Assembly: GCF_018977255.1 (NCBI RefSeq)
Contig: NW_024704749.1
Location: 24,242,001-24,306,000, forward strand
Length of the DNA: 64,000 nt
Direction of reading: 5' to 3'
Origin: Callorhinchus milii
Taxonomy: Eukaryota
The number at the start of each line of letters is the position of its first letter. Position 1 is the stretch's first letter. This document shows positions 26,435-40,536 of the stretch, one piece after another. The translations under genes and the position numbers were made by a program. Under the pieces are notes generated by a model. That model saw only the letters and a list, made by a program, of their open reading frames with translations. It was not told the DNA's origin and ran no database searches.

Positions 26435-26850
26435 ACCCGCTCCAGGCTCCGTGTCCCTATCACCCCCACCCTCGCCTAGCTCCACTGCCCCCCCCCCATC
26501 CCCAGAGGATAGAGTTCAAAATCCTCACCTTCAAGGCTCTCCATGGGCTTGCCCCGTTCTATCTCTGTGACCTGTTGACCCCGTATCAACCTGTCCGCTC
26601 CCTCCTCTCAGCAGGCTCTGGCCTGCTCCAGGTCCCCAGCCCGTCCCGCTCCACCATTGACGGTCGAGCCTTCAGCCTCTTTGCCCCCACCCTCTGGACC
26701 TACATCCCACAGTCCCGTCGCCTCACTCCCTCCCTTGCCTCCTTCAAGGCCCCTCTCAAGAACCTCCTCTTTGACCGCATCTTTGGCCACCCTCCTACCC
26801 CGACCCGATGGGACGTCTTCCCAACATGAAAGGTGCTGTACAAATGTAAA
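26435..26850 (+). mobile_element. L2 LINE 3' end
   Basis: PYQPVRSLLSAGSGLL...GRAFSLFAPTLW...SFKAPLK; tail gggacgtcttcccaacatgaaaggtgctgtacaaatg. Confidence 0.88.
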
Positions 26851-26999
26851 ATAGCTACTTTCTGAAGTTTTTTTTAAAAGGTTATGAAAAATTATTGTTT
26901 GTTCCCATTGTTTGTGAGCACAAATAATATGTCATTCAAAATCCAATACAAGTGTAATCCCTGGGATGTGGAAATTAGGAAAGTTGAGGGTATAGGCTC

Positions 27000-27200
27000 A
27001 TGGGACAATAAATCCTACAGGATCCGTGAACTTTCTCCAAGGCACCAAAAGATACCAGGGATGAGATGTGTGAAGCACTGACTGACCTTTTGAGAAAATC
27101 AATCAGCACTTGGCGAGGGTTCGACAGTCTGGAACCCAGCTAATGTTCTCTTTTTCCAGAGCAGCGATAGAGCCAAACCTGCCAACAAGCAGCAGCCAAT
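27000..27200 (+). mobile_element. Old, highly decayed CR1 RT fragment
   Basis: Loose colinearity with 55325-55520 (K S.GP...L.E..E.L...S...G.V...W..ANV). Confidence 0.4.
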
Positions 27201-27414
27201 ATGTGGTCCAGATAACTGAAGGTGATGGCTGATGACTTTTGACCCTTACAGGATATGAGCCGTAGGCAGCATCCTGTGAGTTGGCCGTTTATTTGATAAA
27301 TAAATATGTAGGTATAGAATACAGCTGCCTATTATCATTTCCTTTCTGTTTCTTCCTGCTATGTTTTAACTTTAAATGAGGGCTTTTACCTATTCTTAGA
27401 AATCAACTCAACCT

Positions 27415-27850
27415 CCCTGTGTTGAGTTTCCTTACTCCACGCCATCCCTCAAAAAAAACCAATAATAAATTGATCTTTTCAATCCACGATTGTTTGTGGG
27501 ACGCTGCTGTGCGCAATTGGCTGCCGCATTTCACCCACAAATGTACAGTCAATTCACTTTACAGTCTATTCTGTGAAACACTTTGAGACGTCTAGAAGAC
27601 GTGAAAAGTTCTATATCAAATTCAATGATTATTATTATTATTAAACTGCTCTTGTTTCTGCTAAAATAATACTAATTTTGTCACTCACTCCACGACTGTT
27701 TGTGGAACACTGCTGTGTACAATTGACTGCCACATTTCGCCCAAAAATACACAGTCACTTCATATTACAGTATATTCTGTGAAGTACTTTAAGACGTCTC
27801 GAAGACGCGATAACAAGCTTTATCAAATGCGAGGATTATTATTATTATTT
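27415..27850 (+). mobile_element. Two tandem partial SINE copies
   Basis: Two successive family bodies (~27415-27642 and ~27670-27850), each ending in (ATT)n. Confidence 0.85.
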
Positions 27851-28309
27851 ACTGTTACTGAAGTGGTGCATTTTGGAGTTCTTCAGGTTAAATGTTTGTG
27901 TGTTTACATTGTTTGCATGGTCACACACAGTCTCTATGCCTGCTCTGGTCAAAAGGCTAAGGACCTACTTCCGAATAAGACACAATAGGCACAATTGTGA
28001 CACCGTGGCACCGATTTTATAGGTGTTTCCCCTTCCTGCAGTAGATCACATGTCGTGGGAATTGCACATGAAGATTGCCCTTATTTCAAAGGATAAGGAG
28101 GAGATGCCTATAGAAGACAATCCAGTAGCCTGTAGCAACTCTTGCCTATCTCTGCAGCTGAAAGGATGTGTGCTCGAGTGCTGCAAGTGGGCCAACCCTT
28201 TAGCTTTCCCTCTCTCCAGAAAGTTGCCTCATGTTTACTCAGCACGTGGCTCACCCCTACGGAGTGTCAAACCTGCCTTCTTGTACAGTGATGTTATGTC
28301 TCATTGCTC

Positions 28310-28557
28310 ATAGGAACCCGGTTGTTAGTCGATTGGTGGATCGAATTTCCACAGGTTATAATACTTTCAAAAAATAATAATAATAAATTGGTCACTTCAA
28401 TCCCTGACTTTTTGTGGGACGCTGCAGTGCGCAATTGGCTGCTGCGTTCCGCACACAGTCAATTCACTTTACACTGTATTCTGTGAAGGGCTTTGAGACG
28501 TCTCGAAGATGTGATAAGGCGCTGTATCCAATGCAAGGATTACTATTATATTACTAT
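28310..28557 (+). mobile_element. SINE, 5'-truncated long subfamily
   Basis: taggaacccggttgttagtcgattggtggatcg...gagacgtctcgaaga...atgcaaggattact. Confidence 0.85.
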
Positions 28558-31509
28558 TGCTACTTCTCCACTGAAGTTCAAGGTGAGGTGGTCTTCAGTC
28601 ATGTTGCAGGCAACATTGAAACCCAGAAGCAGCTTTATCAGTCATAATGTAAAATGACAGATGTGCATTTGCAGCTTGATAACTGTCTGAACTGGTACAA
28701 CAGGTTATATTCTGCACAGTAACCTGAATAGAAGTAGCATATGGGACGGATAAAGCTAATGCCTGTTTCTGTGTCTCAATGTTGACTTGTTTAGTGGTCC
28801 AGTGTTGAGCTGAACTACAGGAAACTCCTCATGAAAATCCCTAAAGAATTCTTAGAACCTCGTTTCCTAATTTAGATTTTATACAAGCCTCATTTACAGA
28901 TTTCCTGGCCACTAGTGAAAAGCAGATTTGGCTTTGCCCTTTGGCATTCGCAAGTGAATTCTCATTATCTTTGTCACAAGAAAGTACACTTAAATTATTA
29001 AGTCCTTAAGTGGCAATAAAACTGAACTCAGTGCATTACTATTATAAGGGTTTGTTTTTAAAAACCTGATCCCCCTCCCTTTCCCCCATTGATGTTGTAG
29101 TTTTACTCAGCAGGTTTACATACTGTAGAAGGTTTGGAAACCCAGTGAGCCGGAGCATAGGAGGCAGCCATGTGAAATTCTCAATGAAAACTGGAAATGA
29201 AGCAGCGAGTGGAATATGTTCATCTTTTAGGAATCGATGCGATACAATCCATTAACATTCCTCAGTTTAATCGAAAGCAGATGTTCCATTTGGTCCTATC
29301 TACAAACTCGAGATTATAAAAACGTCATCAGAGAAATGTCACTCCCCCCGCTCACCCGCCCGCCCTCTTTGGCAAGCCTTGTTTTCTCTGGGTTGCTCTG
29401 TGATGGTTATCTCTGACGAATGTTAGATACGGTTATTGATACCATCTCATGACAATGTGACACGCAAGTTGGGCAGTTTCAGAGTAAATGTCTTACAGGC
29501 CTATAGAAGGAACCGCTTGTCGGAACGGCTCTGCAGCGCCGATTTTATTTGGTCGTGCGGTCAGTTTGAATAAATGATCTCTACGCAAACACATGCATCA
29601 TTAAAATGGAGCTGTCAGACACGGTTTGGTTAACTGGTAGGCAAGTCAGAAGCATGTTTGGATGTGTGGCTTTGTGGACTGAAATTGTAGCTAGGTCATG
29701 CTATCTTTACTGGTTAAACCCTCTTGGCACAGTGTTGGTAACCTTTCAAGTGTTACAAAACCTCTTCAGCTGTTTATACTTAAATCATTTCAGTAAAAGT
29801 TGACTTTGGCTAAATCTCTAATTGATTGCAATCTATTTATTGTGTGCTTTACCTGCAAGAAACATTCTTGTTTGAGGAAGAGAACTTCCTCGGTCTGGAT
29901 TTTAAATATTTTAAGTAACTTGGCGAACAATACAAAAGAACACCTCACTTTATAATCCTTTACTCTTCCCTGGAAAGCTCTTTATGTCAGCTCACCATGA
30001 CTGTACTTGATGATGACATTATAGCGGACTCGTTCAAAAGCACTGCATGTGAAGACTTAATTTTGGGGGGATCTTGTTTTTTTTTGTTCTCTGAGGTGCT
30101 TCTACGTGAATCTATTCTTCTGCCCATGTTTTTATAAAAAGAAATTAGGGATAATATTGCACATTGTGTCCTTTAACGCTGGCCACTATTAATATCAAAG
30201 AAGACGCAGCAGTTGGCTTCTGAACTGCAGCGTGGAAAGCTAAAACGCTAATCTGAAGCCCCAGATTCCCAGGCTGATGTGGTGTGGTGTTACATGCACC
30301 AATGACACTGTTATTCAATGACACTCAGTTATTGTTGAGCATTGACTGCAATTTCTTGAGGCAAGTTGGCCTGTCAGTATTTCCATCCAGTGGTCTAATC
30401 TAGAGCTGTAGGAAACTCATAAAACCATGGTAACCAAGTTGGAGTGGTGGAAGACCCTAGGGACTAAAATCTTGGTGTCGCTTAGAAATTGTCCATTTTC
30501 AGTATAAATTTGATCATCACAAGCTTTGCTCCACGACTGCATAAGTTAAATGGTGTCAGTGCCTTATTAGCATTGTCTTGCTCAGAATCTAACCGGTTTA
30601 GGTTCTACTTTTCCCTTTTGGAGCACAGACGATTGGGAATAAACCACTGCCTGAGGCGCCAATGAGGCTGCAGGACTGAGGACAATGAAAAGGCAATGAT
30701 TAAAATGCGGTTTAATTCACAACAGAATTTATTTGCTTTTTTAAAAAAANGATTGCTGGTAAGTAGATATGCCACTCCCATTGCAACCAACCTCTCTGTT
30801 CAGACATGGAGCAGCAGAGTTCATGTGAGTTGGAGACACTGGCCCAATTGGTATCCACTGGTATTGGTATTAACAGATTCTGTTGTGAGTATTGAGTTGC
30901 CTTACCTGCACGTTGTGTAAAAGAGAGCTATCATAGGGTGCGCCCTTGAATTATCTGCTTTGGTTCAGCGTTATATAACTGATGGCTTCTTTGAGACTGT
31001 AGTCCTGTGGGACTTATTAAAAATTGAATAGAGGAAGTTTGAACATAGTACCTTGCTCATATCCTGCCCGGATGTCAGATAGAAATCATGGTATACTGCA
31101 CTTCAGTCAGTTTTCTTCTTACAGTCACCAGACATAGCGCAGTATATGAACATCGCTGCTGTATTAAGCCTGAGGACAGAGAGACACAGAGTGGCTAACC
31201 TCCTGTGTTTGCACCACACGTTCCAATTCCAATCGAATAGAATTGGGAGCAAACGGCCATTCCGAATGCTTTACATTGAAAATCAGTGATATTTATTTAT
31301 ATAACCTGCTCCTACTTCCTTGACCGAGAAGCATCCACATTTCTGAATATTAAAAAATAAAAAAAATTCCAGGGAATGAACAATCTGCTATTTATTGTTG
31401 TGTAGAATTCAATGACTACAACAACTGACATTTATATAGCGTCCCTCACACAGGGTAGCATCCCAGAGTGCTTCAGTTCCTCCAGCTCCAAAGTCCAGCC
31501 CAGCGTTAG

Positions 31510-31620
31510 AATAATAATAATCCTTTGCATTTGATAGAGCTACTTATCACGTCTTCGGCATGTCTCAAAACGCTTCACAGAATATACTGTAAAGTGAATT
31601 GACTATAGATTTGTGGGTAA
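31510..31620 (-). mobile_element. SINE 3' fragment
   Basis: ataataataatcctttgcatttga...cttcacagaatatactgtaaagtgaattgact. Confidence 0.8.
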
Positions 31621-34600
31621 GAATGCTCCGCGGTGCCAGGGATTAATAATCAGTGCCTGAATCTGACTTCTCACATTCACCATTATGCATGCTGCTGTCT
31701 GGTTTAGAAGTCCTACCTTTTGAGCATTGACCAAGTTTTCACCATTCTTTGATGTTTTCTTTAATCGTTATTCATGTTCCGTTGTTAAACAGGGTGTTAA
31801 TACTTTTATTGTTTGAGGCTGAGGCATTCAGCCACCACTGGAGTTCTCTTCCAAATTCACTTTGCCTCTCATACCTCTCTGCTTTCAAATACAGTGCTTG
31901 GTGTGAAGACCTGTCTCATTGATCGTACTTTTGATCACCTCCAAGTCCCTGCCAATCCTTGCTGGCTTATTTGCGCGGACTCTGATTGCCCTGAGGTACT
32001 TCAAATGTAAGCCTAGTCAATGAGTGTCGCCTGGTTATTCAATTGTAGAGGATGTCACAGTCAAATTCAATCCACTCAGCAACCACAAAGACCGATTTTC
32101 CAGCAGTGTTCAGGAGTAGAAACCTTGGTTCATTTGTTTCTTCTCCCTCTCGTTCTCCTCCAATTGAATCCATTCCAGACATCACATAACTTTTTCCAGG
32201 GATTGAACCTGGGACCTTGCGTGTCTGTGTGACTCCCTTACGCCCTGGGCAATGACATTACCAGTTGCATTACCTGTCGTAGTTTTGACAGGCTGCGTAG
32301 ACCAGTAACTGAGCTATAGAAGAATGGGTTGGAAATGGATAATTTTATTGAGGTTTAAATCACACAAAGCATTTTTCAGCAAAGTGGTTCTGCATTGAGT
32401 TTTAACAATAGTGAAACAATAGAATTCACAACATCACTGACAAATGACCACAGAGCGAATCCAGTTTGATGCCTATTCAAATGTATTAATTGGATTTTAG
32501 CCAGTCAGAGAAGGGGCCTTTGATTGATGGGAAGCCCTCACACAATAAATACAAAATGTTGCTGAACCTGTCAGCGTTACATGTTAATTGTACAGACAGA
32601 TTACTGTGTGTGTGTTTGTGTGGGGGTGGGCGTGGTGGGGGGGGGGGGGGGCGGCGGTGGGGGGAATAATCTTATTCAACGATTGCCAAAATGATGCTGA
32701 ACTAAAATTCGGGAGAAAGCGATCATTCTGTGCGAGTGAGAACTGTTCTGATGGACAGAGAGGAGGTGGAGGTTCTGTGCTCCCGTTTCCTAGGCAATGG
32801 TTTAGAAATGTTTTAAGGCCTTTTGCAGTTGGTTGTTGTGTTGAAGCTGGACCCTGGGAGGGAGGCAGCCCTTGTGCAGTGAATCTGGGAAGCTCAACCA
32901 TTACCAAAGGGGTTTATTTTCATCGGTTCCTTTTTTTTTTGGCAGCCCTATTTCACCTGCAGTGTGAGCTTTCTCAGACAGCTGTGGATACATTAGTGCA
33001 GACCACACAGAATCTCTGCTCCTGACCCCATCTTTCATCGGACTAACCATCAGGAGAAATGTTAACACAAACATCTACATCTACTGTTGCTTCACACGGT
33101 CTCGCCCAGGAAGCACAAACCAATGGCTTCTACCATCAAAATAGCCATTAGCACCGCACAATGTTAACATAATGCTTTCCTGCACAGAATATCACTCAAC
33201 AAAACCACCTCACTTGATTCTACAGAGATTGGAGGCATCACAGCTGCCGGCAGCCACGGTGACTGCTCGCACAGACCTGTGATTTACTCCTTTTACAACA
33301 AATTATTAATAGTCAGTGGCTGTTTTATTAAATGATTATTGTGATGGGAATCGGTGGTTTACAGGAATAAACTACTCTAAGTCAACCCTGTGGAACTTGT
33401 CACTCAGCTGGGCACTGCACCGGGTAAATTATCATTTTGTTGTGCTCACTATTCATACCCCGTGATGACATTTTTAACTCAAAATGCAAGTGGAAATGTC
33501 TCCCAATAAAGAAGGGTAAAATCAGGTTGTGTTTGTCATTGACCTATCAGCCTATTTCAGGAGAGTTAGCATCCTGAGCTGCAAACCAGGAAAATATTTG
33601 CCAGTATCCCTGCCCCACCTAATCGGCATTCAGTGGAAAACATTCATACACACGGCACAGACTAGTTGGGCCGAATGCTTGTGTGAAGACAAGCTTGTCT
33701 GGGATGTGATGCTGCCAGGGTTGAATAGCCTGTTAGCAATTCCTGTTTTATACATGCAGAATGTCCATGTGGGACATTGTCATGGTCACTGCTGCTGGTG
33801 ACCATAGCCTGCCTGGCATGATTTCCCAACTTCAGCAAAAGCAAAGGAGAGAGCTGAGCAGACAGTTAGCAAACTCATCCTGTGAGTAGGATACAGCGGT
33901 AGGATGTGTCCTCCTGTGCAAGAGGATGGCAGAGGATTAAAAGAAATGCACCATTGATATTTGTTACCACAATGAATATTTCCTTTTCTGCAAATGGTAA
34001 TGAGGTTGTTTGGAGCATTCACCTGAGGAGCAGGGTTTTGAATTGGAGATAATTAAATGCTCGCGGAGTTAATCGAGGGCTTGCCAAGGTTAACTGGAAT
34101 AATTGGAGGCACAGGTGGTGCGGCATTAGTGGCAGAAACGGATGCAGGTAATTCGGGAGAACGTCTGTGTCAGATGTAGCCATTGGACCATTTATGCAGC
34201 ACAGTGTTTGTTCGTGATTTCATACCAGAGAAGGTATTAAAGCGTGGCACAGAGCATCACCTTTTAGAGTAAGGTTTGAGAAGCTTGCGGATAAAATAAT
34301 AAACACAGCTTATAAAGGTTGTAGAAGCCCAGACAGTACATGTGGTGTTTTATTTTATCACATTGAGCTGATGGTGTTTTATAGTTGTGTTGAAACCTTA
34401 AGACGGAAATGCTATGTGAGCCATGTTAAACCTGATACACAGCAATTGTTCGGTGGGAAGGCCTAATTCTTACTCTTAATTGTGCCTGTGTCCTGTGTCA
34501 CAGGATTAGCAAGTTGAGATCTATTAGAGAATGCACTGACTTTGATCAGAGCCCCAAGAGATAACTGAACGCCTCACAGGTATGAATAGGAAACCACATG

Positions 34601-34904
34601 ATGACCGTTCCAAGTCACAAGTGTAATAAGTCACAGTGGATCTAATGATGTTCGGTTAATGCTCATTAGCTGCGGTGCTGGTATTAAATGCACCTGCCTA
34701 GCCAGTTACCTTTTATTTTGCAGGTTTAGTAACTTCTTTTAAATCTTCAGAGAGCAGAGTGAAATATCAAAGCCTTAATAATAGAATTGTCCATAAATAT
34801 ACACAGCCTGAACTGAGAATCTGCTGCCAGTGTAGTGCTGTGCGTTGCCGTCAGTAATCACTGCCTACCTTTGTTTGTACTCCTCCAACCCTGCACACTG
34901 TCCT

Positions 34905-35165
34905 GCTGTGTTTCCTTACTCCACATGCCTCTGTTTACCTAGCACGTAAGTAGGAATCCAGTTGTTAGTTGATTGGTGGATCGCTTTTCTGGGGCTAATA
35001 ATCCCTTTAAAAAATAAATATAAAAAATAAGAATTTGGTCACTCAATTCACGACTGGTTGTGGGACACTGCTGTGCACAATTGGCTGCCATGTTTCGCCT
35101 ACAAATATACAATCAATTTCTAGTATATTCTGTGAAGCACTTTGAGACGTCTCGAAGACATGAAC
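34905..35165 (+). mobile_element. SINE, partial long subfamily
   Basis: tttccttactccacatgcctctgtttacc...gagacgtctcgaagac. Confidence 0.85.
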
Positions 35166-35214
35166 AGACGTCAACAAAGTTGAGTCCACTGCATCTCATT
35201 TTCCGACCAAGTTT

Positions 35215-35380
35215 GATTCAAATTTTCAAGACTGAAGTGGATAGATGTTTGTTTGGTCAGGGTATCAAGGGATATAGGGTAAGGGCAGGTAATTGGAGTT
35301 GAGGTACAGATCGACCATAATCTTATAGAATGGCAAAACAGGCTCAAGAGGCTGAATGGCCTCCTCCTGTTCCTATATCT
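35215..35380 (+). mobile_element. 3' end of a second CR1-clade family (HER1 LINE/HE1 SINE-like tail)
   Basis: ttcaagactgaagtggatag...ggctgaatggcctcctcctgttcctat; related pieces at ~48105-48235(-), ~53020-53070(+) and ~57465-57572(+). Confidence 0.7.
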
Positions 35381-35739
35381 TGGACTCGGTCACCGATCAA
35401 CTTTGATTCCGGTTTCTCTGTCACAATGTGTTTGCCAATTGATTTCCCAATGGCCGGGTCAATCTCATGGTTCAATAGCTCTTATTTGTTTATCTTACTG
35501 GCATGTTTTATAAGGTCGATTTTTTTTCATTCTGAGCAGAACTTTAGTTGGATTTTGAAGACCCTCAAAACATTTAGATGGGCAAAAATCAATTCTAGAC
35601 ACTGGCTTTCTGGGTCAGCATAGCTGTGTGACTTGGGGCTTGTAGATTTCCTTTTCAGTGGCTGGTGCAGTGAGTGTTTGGTTGTGTTTTCTGGGTTGTT
35701 GATGAGAATGTGGACATTTCTTACCTGCGTTAATTGTGT

Positions 35740-36000
35740 CACTTGGCTCTGTTGGTAGAACTCGCCTCTGAGTCAGAAAGCTGTAGATTCAAGACTCATA
35801 TCAGATCCTTGAGCTCACGGTCTCGGCTAACACAACAGTGTGGTTGGTAATGGAAAAGTGCTGGTTTATCTGATGTCCTGCCCTTTGGATGAGACATTAA
35901 ATCGAGGTCTCGTCTGGCTGTTTTTAGGTTGATGTTGAAAAAAAATCTCCTGACACTGTTAAAAGAGAAGGAAATTTCTCTCTGTATCCTGTCTGACAAT
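35740..36000 (+). mobile_element. Ancient SacSINE1/Deu-type SINE relic
   Basis: ctcgcctctgagtcagaa...ttggatgagacattaaatcgaggtctcgtctg, resembling the recalled shark Deu-SINE body. Confidence 0.6.
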
Positions 36001-36959
36001 CCAGCAGATTAATCTTCTATTGATTCAGTAATCAATGTTCTATTGCAACTATTCACTGAGAGCAGTCACATCAGTGTGAGGCAAGCGTTTACACTAACAC
36101 TAGGCTGCAGGATTACTGAATGTACAGCATTCAGCTTTGATCTTTTGTCATTTATACCAACATGAAGAACCACCGGTTCGTTCACTTCATTGATGTTGCC
36201 TGTAACTGTAGATTGCTTCTGTACCTTTTCCCCAAGAGAAGGAAAGGGCCTGCTAACTTTGATTTACTCCCATAAGAGGCCACTTCATCCATTTCACATG
36301 CGGTGGTCTTTCTTTCATTCAGCAGCTAACTTCAGTTTGTAGTACAAAACTGTAATCACTACTGTCGGAAGCTGGGATGATTGCGTTGGGAATATAAATG
36401 AAATGAAAGGTGCTCACTCTCCATAGTGATTCTAACTACACTAGGAGGGAAGTTGCAGAATACGTAGATGGTGAATCAGCCCATATCAGACCTATGTAAA
36501 GGTAGACCTATTAAATAGTTGTATAAATATTGCTGGTACAAATGTTAACCCTTATTGAGTCAATCCCTTTAAGCGTTGTGTTTTTCAAATGATTAATTTT
36601 GAAAACAACTGAAAACAATTGAAAAATACAGTGATATTTATTGGTATCAAGTTGCCTGGAATGTACCAACCTGTGTACATGTCCTGTATAATTGTAGAAG
36701 ACTCAGGAAGGGGATTGATGATGGTGTGGGTTTTGGCAGGACTGACTGTAGCTCTGGAATTACAATGAAGAGCTCATTTGGGTGATTTAGAAAGAGTGCA
36801 GCCGTCTGTATTTTAGCTCACATAGCTCACATTTCTCTTTGAACAAAGAGCATTACATTACCTCGTTTCAAAGTGCTCCTGAGCCTCTGTAGAATTGTGA
36901 ATTATTTGAGTTGGTTCAGTGACCTGATTCCTTTTTTCCTCTTATTTCCAAATGTGTAG

Positions 36960-37085
36960 TTATCAACACTAAAGAACAGACTAAAGAAAGTGTCAACAAC
37001 CACAGGCAATGGAGTCGCCCGGGCGTTTTTGAAGACTCAAGCGATGTTGTTTGGCAGCTACAGAAATGCTCTGAAGATTGAACCT
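36960..37085 (+). CDS. DENND1A: DENND1A exon (dDENN): LSTLKNRLKKVSTTTGNGVARAFLKTQAMLFGSYRNALKIEP
   Basis: tgtAG acceptor after pyrimidine tract, GTAAGT donor, 126 nt, phase 0/0. Confidence 0.95.
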
Positions 37086-37499
37086 GTAAGTGGAGCCTGA
37101 TTGTTGCATACAAACCGCTGTACAAAAGACACACTGGTTATGGGGTGTGACATATTTAACACTAAAGACAGTTCATTCGCAACACTAAGGATTCAGTGTG
37201 TACAGTATTTTCCTAAATCCTCCAGTATTTTCCATGGCCTGATATTTACACACAGGATACGCACGTGTAAAATTTGACTTTGATGAAGAAATGTGGCTTT
37301 ATTCTGGTTATTTATTCTCCTTGATGATATTCAATGGAGAATTATTGTTATAAATTTAAGTGAGCAAAAATGACAGTATCAATGTACATCAGCAGTGAAG
37401 CTATTTACTTTGTGACATACAATTACATGTCTTAAAGACTTGTAGTAGATTTTTTTAATGTCACTTTTTAATTTTCCCTTTAAGGTGCCAATCACTAAC

Positions 37500-37612
37500 T
37501 TATAATAATAGTCCTTACATTTGATACACCACCTTATTACATCTTCGAGACGTCTCAAAATGCTTCACAGAATATACTATAAAGTGAAGCAACTGTGTAT
37601 TTTGTGGGCAAA
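37500..37612 (-). mobile_element. SINE 3' fragment
   Basis: ataataatagtccttacatttgatac...cttcgagacgtctcaaa. Confidence 0.8.
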
Positions 37613-38644
37613 ATCTTATATAGCCAGTGGGTGAGGGGGTGCTTTGACATGTACTTATCACAGTACATTTTCCTATCAGTTATATGAATCAATGTCATAA
37701 ACAATTAGCAGTGTGTGTAAATAGATTGATTTCAATTATGTTCCTTTATGTATTCGATGCTCATTGTCAGATCAGCTCTGTAAATACAAGTTAAGATAGT
37801 GAAAGGATGCCATTATGTATCATGTCATTAGGAGTCCCGTGATGAGCAGCAAATCTTATTGATTTTATTCTATCCTTGAATTATAACGTATGTGAATTTA
37901 CACTACTAACACCTCTGTACTTAACAGCTTCTTTGAATGAAATGGCTGCTGGTCTTCATGAAATAAGTTAAAGAACTTTGTAAGGAATACTGCAAACTTT
38001 ATCCCATTATTATTTCATAATCGAAATATCTCACTTATTTTCCAATCTTGTGTGCAGTTTATGTTCCTCTGGTTTTATTGCATTGAATGCAAACTCCCCT
38101 AAAAAAAGCTGCCTCGGAGTTTAATAAATGCTATGACTTGTATGAATTGAGATACTGTTTTGTGAGTGTACAGACCTGAATAGTTTCTAAACTAGTGAAG
38201 TCTTGTTATCCCTCAGTAAATGAATTGCCTTGTCTTTTTTTAATCATACCGAAGAAAGAATTGATTCTTAAGATTTTGTGCCACAATGGACCGTAGGAAG
38301 CTGTCTATGTATGCAACCATCAACACTCTTTATCCTTCAATGAGATTAAAATCCTTTGTAAGATTTTCTCCAACCTTGAACGTTGTTGTTCTATAATAAG
38401 GCTATGGATTGCCTTCAACAGTGAGCAGGCTGGAGTCTATCTGATGTGGATATCCTGCAACATTTTAGCAGCAAGCCCGATGAGTTTGCTCAAGGCATTG
38501 GATTCCCTGAAGGAGCTGTAGAAACGATACATTGAATACCAAAACATATAGCCAATATGTTGTATTATATATGTATATATATAGTTTTTTATATAGTTAT
38601 ATATAATTTTAGCCAAATGAGCTTTTCTGACTAGATCATCAGAT

Positions 38645-38970
38645 ACAATACAAAATTACATTTGTATAGCGCCTTTTATGTTGGGAGGATGTCCCAAGGC
38701 GCTGGACAGTCGGGGAGTTGGACCGGAGTGGTGGGGGGAGTTGGGATCAGGAAGGGTGGAGGGCAGGGAGGGTGGCCGAAGCACGGTCGAACAGGAGGGT
38801 CTTGATAGGCGCCTTGAAGTAGATAAGAGAGGGAGCGAGGCAAAGGGAATGTGGGATGGAGTTCCAAAGGCTGGAGGCAGAGAGGCTGAAGGCCTGACCG
38901 CTGATGGTGGGGGGTGTGGGTGGGGGATGTGGAGGAGGCTGGAGCCTGCTGAGCAGAGGGAGTGGACAGG
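38645..38970 (-). mobile_element. L2 LINE 3' end
   Basis: Antisense tail catttgtatagcgccttttatgttgggaggatgtcccaaggcgctggacag plus ORF2 end. Confidence 0.85.
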
Positions 38971-39139
38971 TTGATTTGGGGAATCATCCATTAGGCACCA
39001 TTCTGGCAAAGCAGAAGCTCGTACCTTTGTTGCATTTTTACTTACGTGGTGTGTATTTATGTATGACTGCAGTAAGTTCTGAATTTTTTGTCTCGAGTAT
39101 TTAGTAGCTCAGAGGTCTACAGTGGTGTTAATCTTGGTA

Positions 39140-39530
39140 CTTCAAGATCCTTGAAATCCTCACTCTCGTGTTCAAATCCATTCACTCCCTGGCACCTCCC
39201 TTCCTCTCCGACCTCCTCACTCCCCAATCCACCACCTGGAGCCTCCGCTCGACTGGCACCGGCTCCTGCTCGATCCACACACCCTCTACCCCACCCTTGG
39301 AGGTCTTACTTTCAGCTACTACACCCCAAAACTCTGGAACATTCTCCCTCTCCCTTGCCCCATCTCTCCCCTCTTTCAAGTCCCACCTGAAGTCTTTCCT
39401 GTTCGACCGTGCTTAAGGCCACCTACCTCCTCCCCCTCCTCCTGACTCAGAGTCAGACTCCGCCACTGTTAAGCCTCTGAGACGCTGCCCTGTGTGGAGG
39501 GTGCTATATAAGTGCAAGTTGTTGTTGCTT
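39140..39530 (+). mobile_element. L2 LINE 3' end (older)
   Basis: FKSIHSLAPPFLSDLL...SLRS...SFKSHLKSFLFDRA; ends gctatataagtgcaagttgttgttg. Confidence 0.82.
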
Positions 39531-40536
39531 TTGTTGTACTTCAGGAGACTGCACAACCTGTTGAGTAGAAACATTATCAATACTGTACGTTTGCACCAGG
39601 CAAAGCACATAACTCACAACTACAGGAACAACCCTTGTGCTGAAGCTGCTGAGATTTTTTTGTCTATTTTCTCCACAAGTCTGAAGTATAATTCAGAATT
39701 AATTGATGTCTTCAAAATGTTTCAAAATATGAAAATGCTGTTTGCGAGTCTGTTTAGTGATTGAGGAGTATTCTGGCTTGTGCCTTAATAACACAAACCG
39801 TAATGCGGAAAGTTCGTCTGCTGAATAAAGATTCAAATCCAAAGCTACAGGACTGACTAATTGCACTGACATTTGCAGTTCTGTTGGTTCAGTTTTTCTC
39901 ATCTTATTCCAGTGTTTTGAGAACACAATTTTAAATCCCGCTGTTTTAATGCTTTATTCGTGGCACATTTTTGTTGCCATTGCTCACTTTTCTAGTGTGT
40001 TGTGTTGTTTTTAACGCCGCATTATCAAGAGAGCAGGAAAATATCCTGTTAGCACCGTCCTCAACTGGGATGTACACGGCCTGAAGGTTATTGATGAAAG
40101 ATGTATCTTCATTCCTTGTCAAAGGCTGTTAGTGGAGAATGCTTTCCCACCTTGGTAACACTCTTGGCTGTTGGGAACATTTCAGTTTTGACTCATACCT
40201 GTTCTTCATTCCGTTTATTGAAATTGTGTGTAAGGATACATTCTATTATCATAAACCATCATGTCTTAAACCAGCAGTTTTGACAACCTGACATAACCTA
40301 TTGTGTCATTGACTGTGTATGTCTGACATCTTAATGCATCTTTGTTTTTTTCCTTGGGCAAATGTTTGCTAATGGCAAACTAGGTCTGAAGTAACGGACC
40401 CTGATTTTATTCACATTTCTAATGCAATAATCCATTTATTTAAATATAGACAAAAAGTGCAGGTGTTTTAAATTGTCCCGCACCAATGTTCTTTTTTCTC
40501 TGCAAACCTTGAATTTGAGCACAGCCAGATTATTTT

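Noticed and set aside
30003-30099. C/D box snoRNA (ATGATGA...CTGA)
   Set aside because: The terminal stem is weak and the would-be guide next to the D box is poly-U; likely chance.
30750-30750. Single N base
   Set aside because: Assembly ambiguity after an A-run, not a biological feature.
32588-33025. 145-aa ORF
   Set aside because: Runs through TG and poly-G low-complexity sequence; no recognisable homology or splice context.
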